A DNA stretch of 64,000 nt, from the NCBI GenBank assembly GCA_977017645.1, contig OZ360229.1, forward strand, positions 25,110,001-25,174,000, read 5' to 3'. This document shows positions 13,801 through 25,516 of the stretch, in pieces (position 1 is the first letter of the stretch; each line of letters begins with the position of its first letter). The notes beneath the pieces were generated by a model that worked only from the letters and a program-made list of their open reading frames with translations, was not told the DNA's origin and did no database searches. The DNA comes from Torpedo marmorata. Lineage: Eukaryota. Both the position numbers and the translations under genes were made by a program.

Positions 13801-15961
13801 GTATATTCAATCCAAGATGAATTGACTGAGCAATTAAGGGAAGCAGTGGCATTTGTTTGTGTTTTGTTCATGCACAGTCTTTTTTGGACTGAGAATCTTC
13901 GATGGAGAACTAAAACTGCATTATTTCATGTCCTCTGGATGAGTCATACAGCACAAGTTTTTTTAAGTTTAACATTTCTATACTGACTGTCAAGCACTAA
14001 TCTATATTAATCCTTTTTATCTGCTCTTGGTCTGTTCACTATTTTTGCTGAGCAATTGAAGTGCCTGAAGTGAATTTCTTTGTTTTTTGATTGTTTCCAA
14101 ATATAACTTGAGAGATTAAATACCAAAGGGGTGTGTGTGCTTGTGGCCTGATGTGCGCATGATATTCGAGGTAAGATCTAATGCTAAGCCTAGGTAGTTG
14201 GGTGTCGGGCATGTAAAAGGCTATGAAGACTTCCAAGGAACTGCCAAGTAAATGTGCAAAGACAGGTGGAATGTTTCCGCTACAACTGAGAAAGGGTGCT
14301 TGATTTAAAAAAAAAAAAAAAAATCAATGATGAGATGAATGTACAGTGAATCCAGCAGTCCTGAGATTCATTATCATTAAAGTAAGATGGAGATGGTACA
14401 GATACTGAATATTTTCTGTGCCTCAAAAGAACCTGAAATCCTAACAAATTAATGTAGTACATTGAGTTCCTGTGAATCCTGGTTGGTGTTGCACTCGTAT
14501 TACTTTTTATTTTAAGCACTAGAAACTAAAGTCATATTTTAAGGTGGTAGAGAAATTTGCAAGGTAATTTAGTGTAATGCCAGTTTTAGTTGTGGGGAAA
14601 AAAATGTTCTTCACAATTTTGTTCGTACAGCACCAATGGGTGGAAGAAACAAATATGATCCAGGAGGAAAATAATATTCTCAGTCAATCAGTTTGGTGAA
14701 AACTTAAGGCTGAGTTGGAGTGCAGTTTAAGGCAAGAGGTTGGTAAGAATTTGTGGAATTAGGAAGAGTTTTATCACTGTTTTAAATAAAGTTCTATAAA
14801 TATTAATGATTATTGAAGGATACTGATTGGATTAATGTGCAGTAATAATCCAAGCTAATGTGAAGCTGGATATGATTATACATGATGTCACACCTCTTGT
14901 GCAAAAAATGACTCAGTAAATTACATTGTCATCGATGATGGATCTTTTTTGTAAAGGCATGTACTTTTCTCCATTGTTTGGACTGAAGTTGCTAAGAACT
15001 GCAACTCTACCCAAAGTCAATTCTAGTTTATTATTGAATGAGCCAGGAACTTCTAAGAATGTTAAAGGTACTGAGCTCTGCGCTGCAAACAGTTTGTCAT
15101 TGAAGAGCAAACTGGAAGATCTCCAAGGTACCTCTTAGGAGGCATTCTTGCTGCAAATAAAACTTAATGAATTATTTCCTGTGAATATTAACCATGCTGA
15201 AAATGTAAGTACTTAAAGAAGGCAGGAAATAAATGTATTGAAATCTAAAATGAAAATAAGTCTAATTTCACAGCAAATGCTGGAAACTCAGCAAGTCTCA
15301 ATACAAAACATCCAAGAATAAAATCATAGACCCTTTATTAGAACATGCATGTCCAAATTTAAAGTACCCCATTACATCCACTCCACTCTCAACCCTCTAC
15401 TCAATAGTAATGCAAGCCTATTCTATTCATCCTCTTTAATTTATTCACTCTATACAACATTCAATGTCATCTTCAACTCGACATTTACAACTGAGGTGCA
15501 TGTACATGTTGTAATTTGTGAAAGTGACAAACATCTTGTAACTCTCCCTTCTAATTATCCTCAAGACTTAACTGCTTTCCAGTGAATCTGAATTCGAAGT
15601 TCAAATGTAATAGGATGGGAATACTGAAAATATTTCCAATTGTGATCACAATCAAAACTGAGGGTTGTGAATACAGTAATAAATAATAGTTCCATTGGGA
15701 ATTTGGGTTTGTCTTTATTCAGAGGTGATAAGAAAATGAAATTTATTGTCACATGGTGTAGTTGAGATGAACAACATAGATGGTTTTAAGGGGAAACTAG
15801 ATAAATCACAGGAGAAAACAGTGGAAGGGTATGCTGAAGAGTAGGCAATGTGGGATTGGAGTTGTGCTGTATAAACCAGCATGGAGCGTGTGAGTAATAG
15901 ACGCAGGATGATCAATAAAACATTGTATCATTAATTTCTTGAATACTTTGTGCATCTGGAT

Positions 15962-16203
15962 CAGCCATTCTCAACCTTTTTTGGCTATGACACCCCCCAC
16001 CACCCCCCCCCCCCAGACTCTGCTCAAAGATTGAGCCCCTTCCATGTGAAGGAGTCAAGTTTTGTTTACTTCTGTACTTCTTTCCTACTGACTACATAAA
16101 AAACAAAAAATATTTGTTACATGGGGTGAAAAGAAAACAAGGCTTTTACTTAAATGTGCTGTAGCCCCTAGAGGTGCTGTAGGGACCCTGTTGAGAATGA
16201 CTG
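15962..16203. mobile_element. hAT (Charlie-like) MITE
   Basis: TIR CAGCCATTCTCAAC ... GTTGAGAATGACTG (13/14). Only a partial 8-bp TSD (ATCTGGAT / ATCTA...). Confidence 0.7.
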
Positions 16204-16208
16204 ATCTA

Positions 16209-16623
16209 CCGTATATACTCGTAATAGTCGATTTCGTGTAATAGTTGAACCTCCTTTTTTGCCCCAAAAAATCGCTTGTTTTCCGTATGACCTGTGTAAA
16301 AATCGACCCCCATATTTTTTTGGCCCCAACTGCCCGCCCATCGGAGCTCCCGAAACGCGAACCCTTGCCTTGGCCGCCTGCCCATTCGAGCTCCCGAATC
16401 CTGGCCACAGACTCTCCTAGGCCCCGGCCGCCTGCCCATCCGAGCTGCCGACGCCCTGAACGCGGAGTTACCACCCGGTCCCGGCCATCCGAGCTCCCAA
16501 TGCCTTGAACGACACAGGTACTTACTGCAGTCAAAAGTATGACCCGTGTAAAAGTCGACCCCCTCCCAAATTTGATCTGAAAAATTGTTCCAAAAAACTC
16601 AACTATTACACGAGTGCATACGG
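16209..16623. mobile_element. Tc2/pogo-like MITE with internal GC-rich repeats
   Basis: TA|CCGTATATACTCG ... CGAGTGCATACGG|TA. Four copies of a gcccatccgagctccc-like unit and a duplicated gtatgacc.gtgtaaaa.tcgacccc. Confidence 0.8.
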
Positions 16624-17231
16624 TATCTCTGCCTGTATGAATATAATCTACAATTTAGTTGTTTTAAAAAGTAGATTTTTGAGAGAGGCTTGCACTTGAT
16701 GGCACTGTTTATTATCTGTCACTTTCCTATAGCCAATAAATCATTGTTTAATGTGGGAAAGGTAGTTACCAATTTGTGCACGAGTTCCATGAAGAATCAG
16801 TTTTAGGATGGTGTTGGTATGACTCTGGGGAGGAGTCACATGCTCTTCAAAATTGTGCCATGGGTATATCTACTTGATAGTAGAAAACACTTACTTTAAG
16901 ACCCCACCTAAAAAAATAAATGTATGCATGTTCATGTTACTACTGCAAGACCCAGAATAACTTTAAAATTGCCTTGTCCTCTGAACTGTTGAGTTGTAAA
17001 CAAATACTTCCTTACAATAAAGTCTGAGCTGTTAGTTTTCAGGATTTATTGATTCTCTTTTAAAGGTGTGATAAATATTGTAAAACATTTAAAAATATTA
17101 TTTAGAAGTCTGGAACCTTTGATCCATGGTAACCTGTCCGAAAACAATTAATCCTGTTGAGTGGTTAAATTGTGAGATTCTTGTTCAGTATTTGGGTAAG
17201 ATGTATTTTTAAAATGGACCATATTTGGAGC

Positions 17232-17264
<33 letters not shown>

Positions 17265-17811
17265 TTAAAAAACCTAATTGCCTACAAAGGAATAAATAAT
17301 CTAAACCCACACCTGGGCTTGAAAATCAAATGTTGGTTTCTTCTGGTTTCATCTCTGATGCTGCCCTGCATTTTGTCTGGTGTTCCTTGCTTTGAAAACC
17401 CAATAATCAAGCTCGGAGAGTCAGTGGAGGATCCAGGAAAATACTGGTTTGGCTGTCATGAATGTGGCATGTTGAATGTGGTGAAATAGATGAGAGGGTT
17501 GCATCCAAACAGGAATTAGAAAATTGGTTACAAATGAAGTAATGCAGTTAATGTGCAAGGAAAGAACTAGAATGCAGGAAGTAGTCAAAAAGCAATTCCT
17601 TTAACTCTTTGCAAATACCCAGTTTGCTTGCAGTACATTGTGTTGTATTTTGCCTTTTATTCTGGTCTACTCAATCCTTCATTTCACCCATTTTTCTCTG
17701 ATTTTCCTTCTGTGCTTTATCGAGTTCTGTGTATATTTTGTATCTGCTGCTAATTTTGGTTGCATACGAACAGTTTGGATTTGTATGATTTCTCCCCCCT
17801 CCCCCCCCTAG

Positions 17812-17831
17812 AAATAGAAAGAAGACCTATG
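17812..17831 (+). other. Candidate 20-nt alternative micro-exon of YTHDF2
   Basis: tttctcccccctcccccccctag|AAATAGAAAGAAGACCTATG|gtaagt: a pure pyrimidine tract, AG, and a consensus donor. Confidence 0.45.
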
Positions 17832-18120
17832 GTAAGTCTTGCAGTATCTTCAAAGGACCTTGGAACAAGTTAGGAAGAAACTCCAGCCAATGTTTGATTT
17901 AATATTTTGCTCTTTAATCTAAATTTAACATGAGTGTGTTTATAGAATCCATGATTTTTCAAATGAAAATGCACTTGTCATGCTAGAATCCATTTGTTTC
18001 CGCCACCTGATAATCAAGCTAATGAATTTCTGACAACAGGTCTCTGATCTGAAGCATTAATGCTGTTTTTAGTTTCTAACCTGCTCAGTGTTTGCAACAC
18101 TTTCTGTCTTCAGAGTCTTA

Positions 18121-18374
18121 ATTTTTAATTTAGACATACAGCACGGTAACAGGCCATTTGGCCCACGAATCCATGCCGCCCAATTTACACCCAATTAACC
18201 TACACCCCCGGTACGTTTTGAAGGGTGAGAGAAAACCGGAGCCCCCGGGGAATACCTGCGCAGACATGGGGAGAACGTACAAACTCCTTACAGACAGCGT
18301 GGGATTCGAACCCAAGTCCCGATCGCTGGCGCTGTAAAGGCATTGCGTTAACCGCTAAGCCAACTGTGCCGCCC
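18121..18374 (-). mobile_element. tRNA-derived HE1-like V-SINE
   Basis: Reverse complement of the 22485 copy: GGGCGGCACAGTTGGC..., B box GGTTCGAATCC and V-domain. Confidence 0.85.
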
Positions 18375-18690
18375 TTCTCAGGCAGTCTGTTCCAAATCCT
18401 GCCCCGTTCCTTTACCAGTCAACTTAAATATATTATGGAGCTTCCTCCTTGCTGGATAGAAAGTATGTCGTCATCACCCAAAAAGACAAGCCCAATTCTT
18501 TGGTCCTGAATTCACGAGATAGTTATAACCTCAAATAGAACTTTGTTCTGCGTTACTGTAATACAGTTGGAGTTGATTGTTATAACTATACAGAGCAATT
18601 AACTACTTATTTAACCAGTCCACATTGGTTGTAGTGTTATAATTGTCTTGTTGGCCAAAACAGTATAATTCTGGCCCAGTTGAGTACTTT

Positions 18691-18909
18691 TAGAACGTAG
18701 AACACTACAGCACAGTACAGGCCCTTCGGCCCTCGATGTTGTGCCGACCCATATATTCCTTTTTTTTAAAAAGTACTAAACCCTCCCTACCCCATAATCC
18801 TCTTTTTTCATTCATCCATGTGTCTGTCTAAGAGTGTCTCAAATGCCCCCAATGTTTCAGCCTCCACCACCATCCCTGGCAAGGCATTCCAAGCACCCAC
18901 AACTCTTGT

Positions 18910-18951
<42 letters not shown>

Positions 18952-20800
18952 CCCCTGATGTCTCCCCTAAACTTCCCTCCCTTAACTTTGTACATATGTC
19001 CTCTGGTGTTTGCTGATCCTGCCCTGGGAAACAGGTGCTGGCTGTCCACCCTATCTATGCCTCTCATAATCTTGTAGACCTCTATCAAGTCTCCTCTCAT
19101 CCTTCTACGCTCCAAAGAGAAAAGTTCCAGATCTGCTAACCTTGCCTCATAAGACTTGTTTTCCAATCCAGGCAACATCCTGGTAAATCTCCTCTGTACC
19201 CTCTCCATACCTTCCACATCCTTCCTATAATGAGGTGACCAGAACTGAACACAATACACCAAGTGTGGTCTTACCAGAGATTTGTAGAGTTGCAACATGA
19301 CCTCTCTACTCCTGAATTCAATCCCTCTATTAATGAAGCCTAGCATCCCATAGGCCTTCTTAACTATCCTATCAACCTGTGCAGCGACCTTGAGGGATGT
19401 ATGGATTTGAACGCCAAGGTCCCTCACTCTTAAGTAACTGACCATTAACCCTGTACTCAGCCTTCTGGTTTGTCCTTCCAAAATGCATCACCTCACACTT
19501 ACCTGGTTTGAAATCCATCTGCCACTTTTCTGCCCAACTCTGCATCCTGTCTATATCCTCTTGTAACCTTCGACAACCTTTAGCTCCATCCACAACTCCT
19601 CCAACCTTCGTGTCATCTGCAAACTTACTGACCCATCCTTCCACCTCTTCATCCAGGTCATTTATAAAAATCACAAAGAGCAGGGGTCCCAGAACACATC
19701 CTTGCAGCACTCCATTAGTCACCGACCTCCAGGCAGAATACTTTCCTTCCACTACTACTCTCTGCTTTCTTCCTACAAGCCAATTTTTTATACACACAGC
19801 CAAGGTTCCACTGATCCTGTGCTTCATGACTTTCTGGATGAGTCTCTCGTGGGGGACTTTGTCAAATGCCTTGCTAAAATTCATGTAGACCACATCTACT
19901 GCCCTACCCTCATCATTTTCTTTTGTTACCTCCTCAGAAAACTCAATTAGACTCATGAGGCACAACCTTCCCTTCACAAAGCCATGCTGACTATCCTTGA
20001 GTAGACTGTACTTATCCAAATGCTCATCCTATCCTTAAGAGTCCTCTCCATTAGTTTGCACACCGGTCTATAATTCCCAGGATTCTCCCTATTAAGTTTT
20101 TTAAACAAGGGGACTACATTTGCCATTCTCCAATCCTCTAGCACCTCCCCTGCGGCCAAAGAGGATTCAAAGATCATAGCTACTGCCCCAGCTATCTCTT
20201 CTCTCACTTCCCACAGCAGCATGGGGTATATCGCGTCCGGCCCCGGGGACTTATCGATCTTGATGTTTTTAAGAAGATCCAACACTTCCACTTCCTTAAT
20301 CTCCACATTGTCCAGCACACAGGCCTGTTCAACTTCGACCTCACTGTGATCAAGGTCCTTTTCTCTTGTGAATACTGACACCAAGTATTCATTTAGGAGT
20401 AAACACGAAAATCTGTAGACACTGTGGTTGAAGTAAAAAACACAAATGCTGGAGAACTCAGCAGGTCAAACAGTGTCTTTTATGTAGCAAAGGTAGAAAT
20501 ATATAACCGACGTTTCGGGCTTGAGCCCTTATAACCGTTTAGGACCTCCTCTGCCTCCAGGCACATGTTGCCTCCTTTATCCTTTAGTGGCCCCACCTTC
20601 ATTCTCGTCATCCTCCTGTTCACATACGCATAGAACGCCTTGGGGTTCTCCTTAATCCTACATGCCAAGGGCTTCTCATGCCCCCTTCGATTTCTCCTAA
20701 GTCCTTTCTTATAAGCTCCTTCATGGCTACCATATATTTCACGTTTCCTGCTTCCTATATCTAATGTATGCTTCCTTCTTCCTCTTGATTTGCTCTTCCT
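18691..20800 (-). mobile_element. 5'-truncated CR1 LINE with frameshifts, interrupted by a Penelope fragment
   Basis: ORF pieces with KSPGPD, PGNYRPV, SQHGF, FSKAFDKVPH, QGCVLGPLLF, KFADD and LVRPHL..CVQFWSP. Confidence 0.92.
20399..20537 (-). mobile_element. Penelope terminal fragment nested in CR1
   Basis: Matches the 23250 element end. 7-bp duplication TTTAGGA at 20392-20398 and 20538-20544. Confidence 0.8.
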
Positions 20801-20934
20801 CTTTGGTTGGTGGGCTAGGTTATTTAATTCAGTGGTTTGCTTTAGATCTGCTGGCCGAAATGACATTAGATTATTTTATTGCCACGAAACCAGAATACTA
20901 GAGAGATTCAGCCTACCAAGCCTGTGCTGACCAT

Positions 20935-21190
20935 CAGCCATCAATTCACACTAATCCTGCATTAACCCTTTTTTTATTCTTATCAAATCCCCTCCCCTGC
21001 ACACATGGCAATTTAGTGGCCAAATCACTACTGACCCATGTGCTTTGGGTTGTGGGAGGAAGCCGGGACACCCAGAGGAAACCCGTGAGGTCACCGGGAA
21101 CCTACAAACTCCACGCAAACAGCATCCTAGGCCAGGATTGAATTTTGGCTCTCTGAAACAGCAGCTCTACTGTTAGCCACTGTGCTGCTC
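20935..21190 (-). mobile_element. Degenerate V-SINE
   Basis: tgtgggagga.gccgg...cacccagaggaaacc...acaaactccac.ca.acagc. Confidence 0.6.
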
Positions 21191-22484
21191 GAGTTGAGTT
21201 TACAAAATTGTGCATGATTGATACAGCTTCATTCCCTTTTATGCTACTCCTTGTCAACATTATCAAGGAAGAAATGTCTTTACCTGACATTTTTAATGGA
21301 GTTAGATGACCTTAGATACAACTGGTATCCAATACTCATACAAGTTTAGTTGCAGCATTCAAAGTCAAATTTGCCTCTTCTTGACTCTTGCAAGAGTATA
21401 AACAATTGCACTATTATTGCTTTATGAAATGGGCATGGTTTTTGGGTGAGTTATAGCTAAACCTGAACCTATTGGCTGATAATCCAGAACTGATCAAAGG
21501 ATAGTGATCAAGGTATGACATTTTGTCTATTTAATTGTAAAGTGGGGAGTATTTTTCATTGATAATTTCCTGGATCCAATCTGCAAAGTCTAGGTGCTAC
21601 ATAACAAGTAAAAATCCAATTTAATCCAAATTTCCAAGACAGCAATAATCAAAAAATATGAAGCAGCAAATGTAATGTAGAATTATGATTTTTAAGGGCG
21701 AATTATCAGAGCTTGGTTGCCACATTATAGTGGATATGAAGGTTAAACAGCGCCAGCATGTACGACTGAATTATTGACTCAAACTCCCTTTACAGTTATA
21801 TTACTAGATACTATTTTAAACTTCATTTTATAGGTTGGCTCTTCAATGCCTCTTGTCATCAGGGATTAGTGTTTTCCCCTTAAGTTCTAAAACGTGTCAG
21901 AGGAATTTCATTCACAAATTCATAATGCGTTCTTGCAGCTTGGAGAAGGATGTGTCAATGGATCGGAGATGCCTGATGCTTGCCACTGGGCAAATAATTG
22001 TTAGGATTCTCCTAAACTGTCTTTTTCCAGTGGTCAAAGTGCTGCTCCCTAAGTTACATTGTGGATTCTATCCATGTAGAAGGGTAATAAATATGATCTT
22101 CATTACATCAACTCTGGAAGTACAGGGAGCTTTGTATGACCTCTGATTCTCAGTTGAAAGGAATCTTGTCCATGGTTGGCTACTGAAATTCACCCCATCT
22201 AACCATGATCTTGATCAGCGTGTCCACAACTGAATATGTACAAACTACTGTCAAGAAAGGACATTGTTGCCTCAATCCTGATTCAGCATTTTGCCACATA
22301 GCTGCACCTTCTCTTGAGTCAATCTACAGGGCAAACAGGAAGCCATTTAATCTCTTATTACTACCTCCACCCAAGCAAAGTTTACCTCGATGTCAGTCAG
22401 AGCAGCTGACATATTTGCAGACGTGCTCGTTTAGAGGATGAACTCTGAGTCACATTGATTCATTCACGAAACATGCGAGAGAAT

Positions 22485-22750
22485 GGGCGGCACGGTTGGC
22501 GTAGCGGTTAGCGCAGCGCCTTTACAGCGCCAGCGATTGGGACCGGACCTGGGTTCGAATGCTGCGCTGTCTGTAAGGAGTTTGTACATTCTCCCCGTGT
22601 CTGCATGGGTTTTCTCCAGGGGCTCTGGTTTCCTCCCACCCTTCAAAACGCACCGGGCGTGTAGGTTAAATGGGGTGTAAATTGGGCGGCACGAACACGG
22701 GCCGAATTGGCCTGTTACAGTGTCTAAATGTCTAAATTTGAAATAAAAAT
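22485..22750 (+). mobile_element. tRNA-derived HE1-like V-SINE
   Basis: A box TGGCGTAGCGG, B box GGTTCGAATGC, V-domain tgtctgtaaggagtttgtacattctccccgtg and an A/T-rich tail. Confidence 0.88.
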
Positions 22751-22804
22751 TTAAGAATAGGCCTTGCACTTCCACAGAGGTTTGTTACCAGCCTCACCCA
22801 CTGT

Positions 22805-23249
22805 ACAAGATCATAAGATATAGGAGCAGAAATAGGCCATTCAGCAAATTGAGTTTGCCCCGCCATTTAATCATGAGCTGATCCATTTAACCACTCTGCC
22901 CCACTGCCTGGTCTTCTCCCCATTACCTTCGATGCCCTGGCTAATCAAGAACCTATCAATCTCTGCCTTAAATACACCCAATGACTTGGCCTCCACAACT
23001 GCCTGTGGCAACCAATTCCACAGATTTTCCACCCTCTGGCTGAAGAAATTCCTCCGCATCTGTTCTAAGCAGGTGCCCTTCAATCCTGAAGTTGTGCCCT
23101 CTTGTCCTAGACTCTCCCGCCATGGGAAACAACCTTTCTGCATCTACTGTCCATGCCTTTCAACATTCAAAATGTTTCAATGATAGCCCCCTCATTCTCC
23201 TAAATTCCAGCGAATGCAGGCAAGTGCTGTCAAACGCTCCTCGTATGAT
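22805..23249 (-). mobile_element. CR1 3' fragment (continues briefly at 25527 after the Penelope insertion)
   Basis: ORF 22871-23143 has RRNFFSQRVENLWNWLPQAVVEA..FKAEIDRFL. Confidence 0.85.
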
Positions 23250-25516
23250 GTAAAAACACAAATGCTGGAGAAGCTCAGCAGGTCAAACTGTGTCCTTTAT
23301 GTAGCAAAGGTAGAAATACATAACCGACGTTTCGGGCTTGAGCCCTTCATCAAAGTATGAGAAAATGCCGGCAGGCGCCCGATCAAAAGAGTTGGAGGGG
23401 GGTGGCAAAGGCAGGAGGTGATAGTGGAGAAAGGAGGGAGGGGACAGCAGCAATGAGGGGGAGGAGGGATGGCTGGGTGGGTGGAAGAACTGGAAGGACA
23501 GGGAAGGGGGGAGGTGAAGGAAAAGGCGAGCAGGTTAAGTGGAAAGCATATAAGTCTATGTTAATGCCATCTGGCTGGAGAGTGCCCAGACGGAAAATAA
23601 GGTGTTGTTCCTCCAATTTGTGGGTGGTCTGGATGGGATAGTACATAAGGCCATGGACAGACATGTGAGTGTGGGAGTGTGACTCGGAATTGAAATGGTT
23701 GGCTACTGAGAGGTCACTTGTTGTGGACGGAGAGGAGTGATCTCCCAATCTACGACCGGTTTCTCCGATGTAGAGAATGCCACAAAGGGAGCACCGGATG
23801 CAGTAAATAAGTTCTCTGGATGTACAAGTGAAGTGTTGCTTCACTTGGAAGGCCTATTTGGGGCCGTGGTGAGGGAGGAGGTGTGGGCGCAAGTGTTGCA
23901 CCTCCTGCAGGCACAGGGGAAGGTGCGGTGGGTGGGGAGGGATGAATGCACGAGGGAATCGAGGAGGGAGCGGTCCCTGCGGAAGGCCGAGAGGGGAGGA
24001 GAAGTAAAAATGTGTCTCGTGGTGGGATCCTGTAGTAAGTGCCAGAATTTCTGGCGGATAATGTGTTGGATGCGGAGGCTGGTGGGGTGGTAGGTGAGGA
24101 TGAGGGGGTTTCTATGTTTCTTGCGTCTGGGGGCAGAGGGGGCCAGGGCAGATGAGCGGGAAATGGAGGAGATGTGTGTGAGGGCTGAATTGATGGTGGT
24201 GGAGGGGAAGCCACGTTTGTGGAAGAAGGCAGACATTTCGGAAGATCTGGACTGGAAGACCTCATCTTGGGAACAGATGCGGCGGAGATGGAGAAATTGA
24301 GAGAAGGGGATGGAATCCTTGCAGGGGACAGGGTGTGAGGAAGTGTAGTCCAGGTAGTTGTGGGAGTTGGAGGGTTTGTAGTATACGTCGGTGGAAAGCT
24401 TGTCTCCCGCGATGGAGACAGATCCAGGAAGGGGAGAGTGTTATCGGAGATGGACCAGGTGAGTTTGAGATTGGGGTGGAAGTTGGACACGAAGTGGATG
24501 AAGTTGACAAGTTCATCGCGGGTGCATGAGGCAGCCCCGATGTTGTCGTCGATATACCGGAGGAAGAGATGAGGGGTCATGTCCTGTGTAGGCTTGCAGC
24601 ATGATTGCTCCACAAAGCCCACAAACAGGCAGGCGTAGCTGGGACCCATGTGGGTACTCATGGCTACTCCTTTGATTTGGAGGAAGTGGGATAAAGGAGG
24701 TTATTTATGGTGAGTTCAAGTTCTGCCAGGCGAAGGAGGGTGGTGGAAGAGGGTGACTGGTCGGGTCTTTGGTCCAGGAAGAAGCGAAGTGCTTTCAGAC
24801 ATGTGTGGGGGATAGAGGTATAAAGGGATTGGACATCCATTGTGAAGATGATGCAGTCTGGTTCAGGGAATCTGAAGTCATTGAGGAGATGGAGGGCATG
24901 TGAGGTGTCGCGGATGTAGGTGGGGAGGGATTGGACCAGGAGAGAAAAGATAGTCAAGGTAAGATGAAACTAGTTTGGTGGAGCAGGCAGAAGCAATGGG
25001 TCTGCCCGGATAGTTGGGTTTGTGTATCTTGGGTAGAAGGTAGAAACGGGCAGTGCGGCGGTGGGAGAGAATGAGGTTGGTGGCCATGGAGGGGAGGTGA
25101 CCAAAGCTGATGAGGTTGGAGATGGTGTTGGAGACAGTGACTTGATGTGTGGTGGTGGGGTCCTGTGGGAGGGGTCGATAGGAGGAGGTGTCTGAGAGCT
25201 GTCGACTGGCCTCGGCAAGGTAGAGGTCAGTGCGCCAGACTACAACCGCACCCCCCTTGTCTGCGGGTTTGATGGTGAGGTTGGAATTGTTGCGGAGAGA
25301 GTGGAGGGCAGAGCGTTCTGAGGAGGTGAGGTTGGAATACGAGACGGGAGTGGTAAAGTTGAGACGGTTGATGTCTCGGCGGCAGTTGGAAATAGAAAGG
25401 TCCAGAGCGGGCAGCTGGCCAGGACAAGGTGTCCAGGAAGAGGAAGAAGGCTTGAAGCGGGAGAAAGGGTCTTGGGTGGAGAGTCACGGTCATGGAAGTG
25501 AGCCCGGAGGCGGTGA
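23250..25516 (-). mobile_element. Penelope-like retroelement (Neptune-type): RT, Cys linker and GIY-YIG endonuclease; frameshifted and 5'-truncated
   Basis: FYLLPKIHK..GRPI, TMDVQSLYTSIPH, MGPSYACLF, RYIDD, linker CACRRCNTC, IYCIRC..C..LYIGET.R.L and EQHLIFRLGTLQPDGIN. 10-bp TSD CTCGTATGAT at 23240-23249 and 25517-25526. Confidence 0.92.
23319..23359 (-). ncRNA. Minimal type I hammerhead ribozyme motif (U3 variant) in the Penelope terminal repeat
   Basis: Minus strand: CAUACU-UUGAUGA-A-GGGC(UCAA)GCCC-GAAACGUC-GGUUAUG, giving stem I, stem II and a palindromic ACGU stem III. Confidence 0.65.

Noticed and set aside
16330-16500. Repeats with variable spacers resembling a CRISPR array
   Set aside because: Eukaryotic context, degenerate repeats, irregular spacing, and located inside a TIR-bounded MITE.
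22485-22565. tRNA gene
   Set aside because: A and B boxes are present but there is no full cloverleaf, and it continues into a SINE body.
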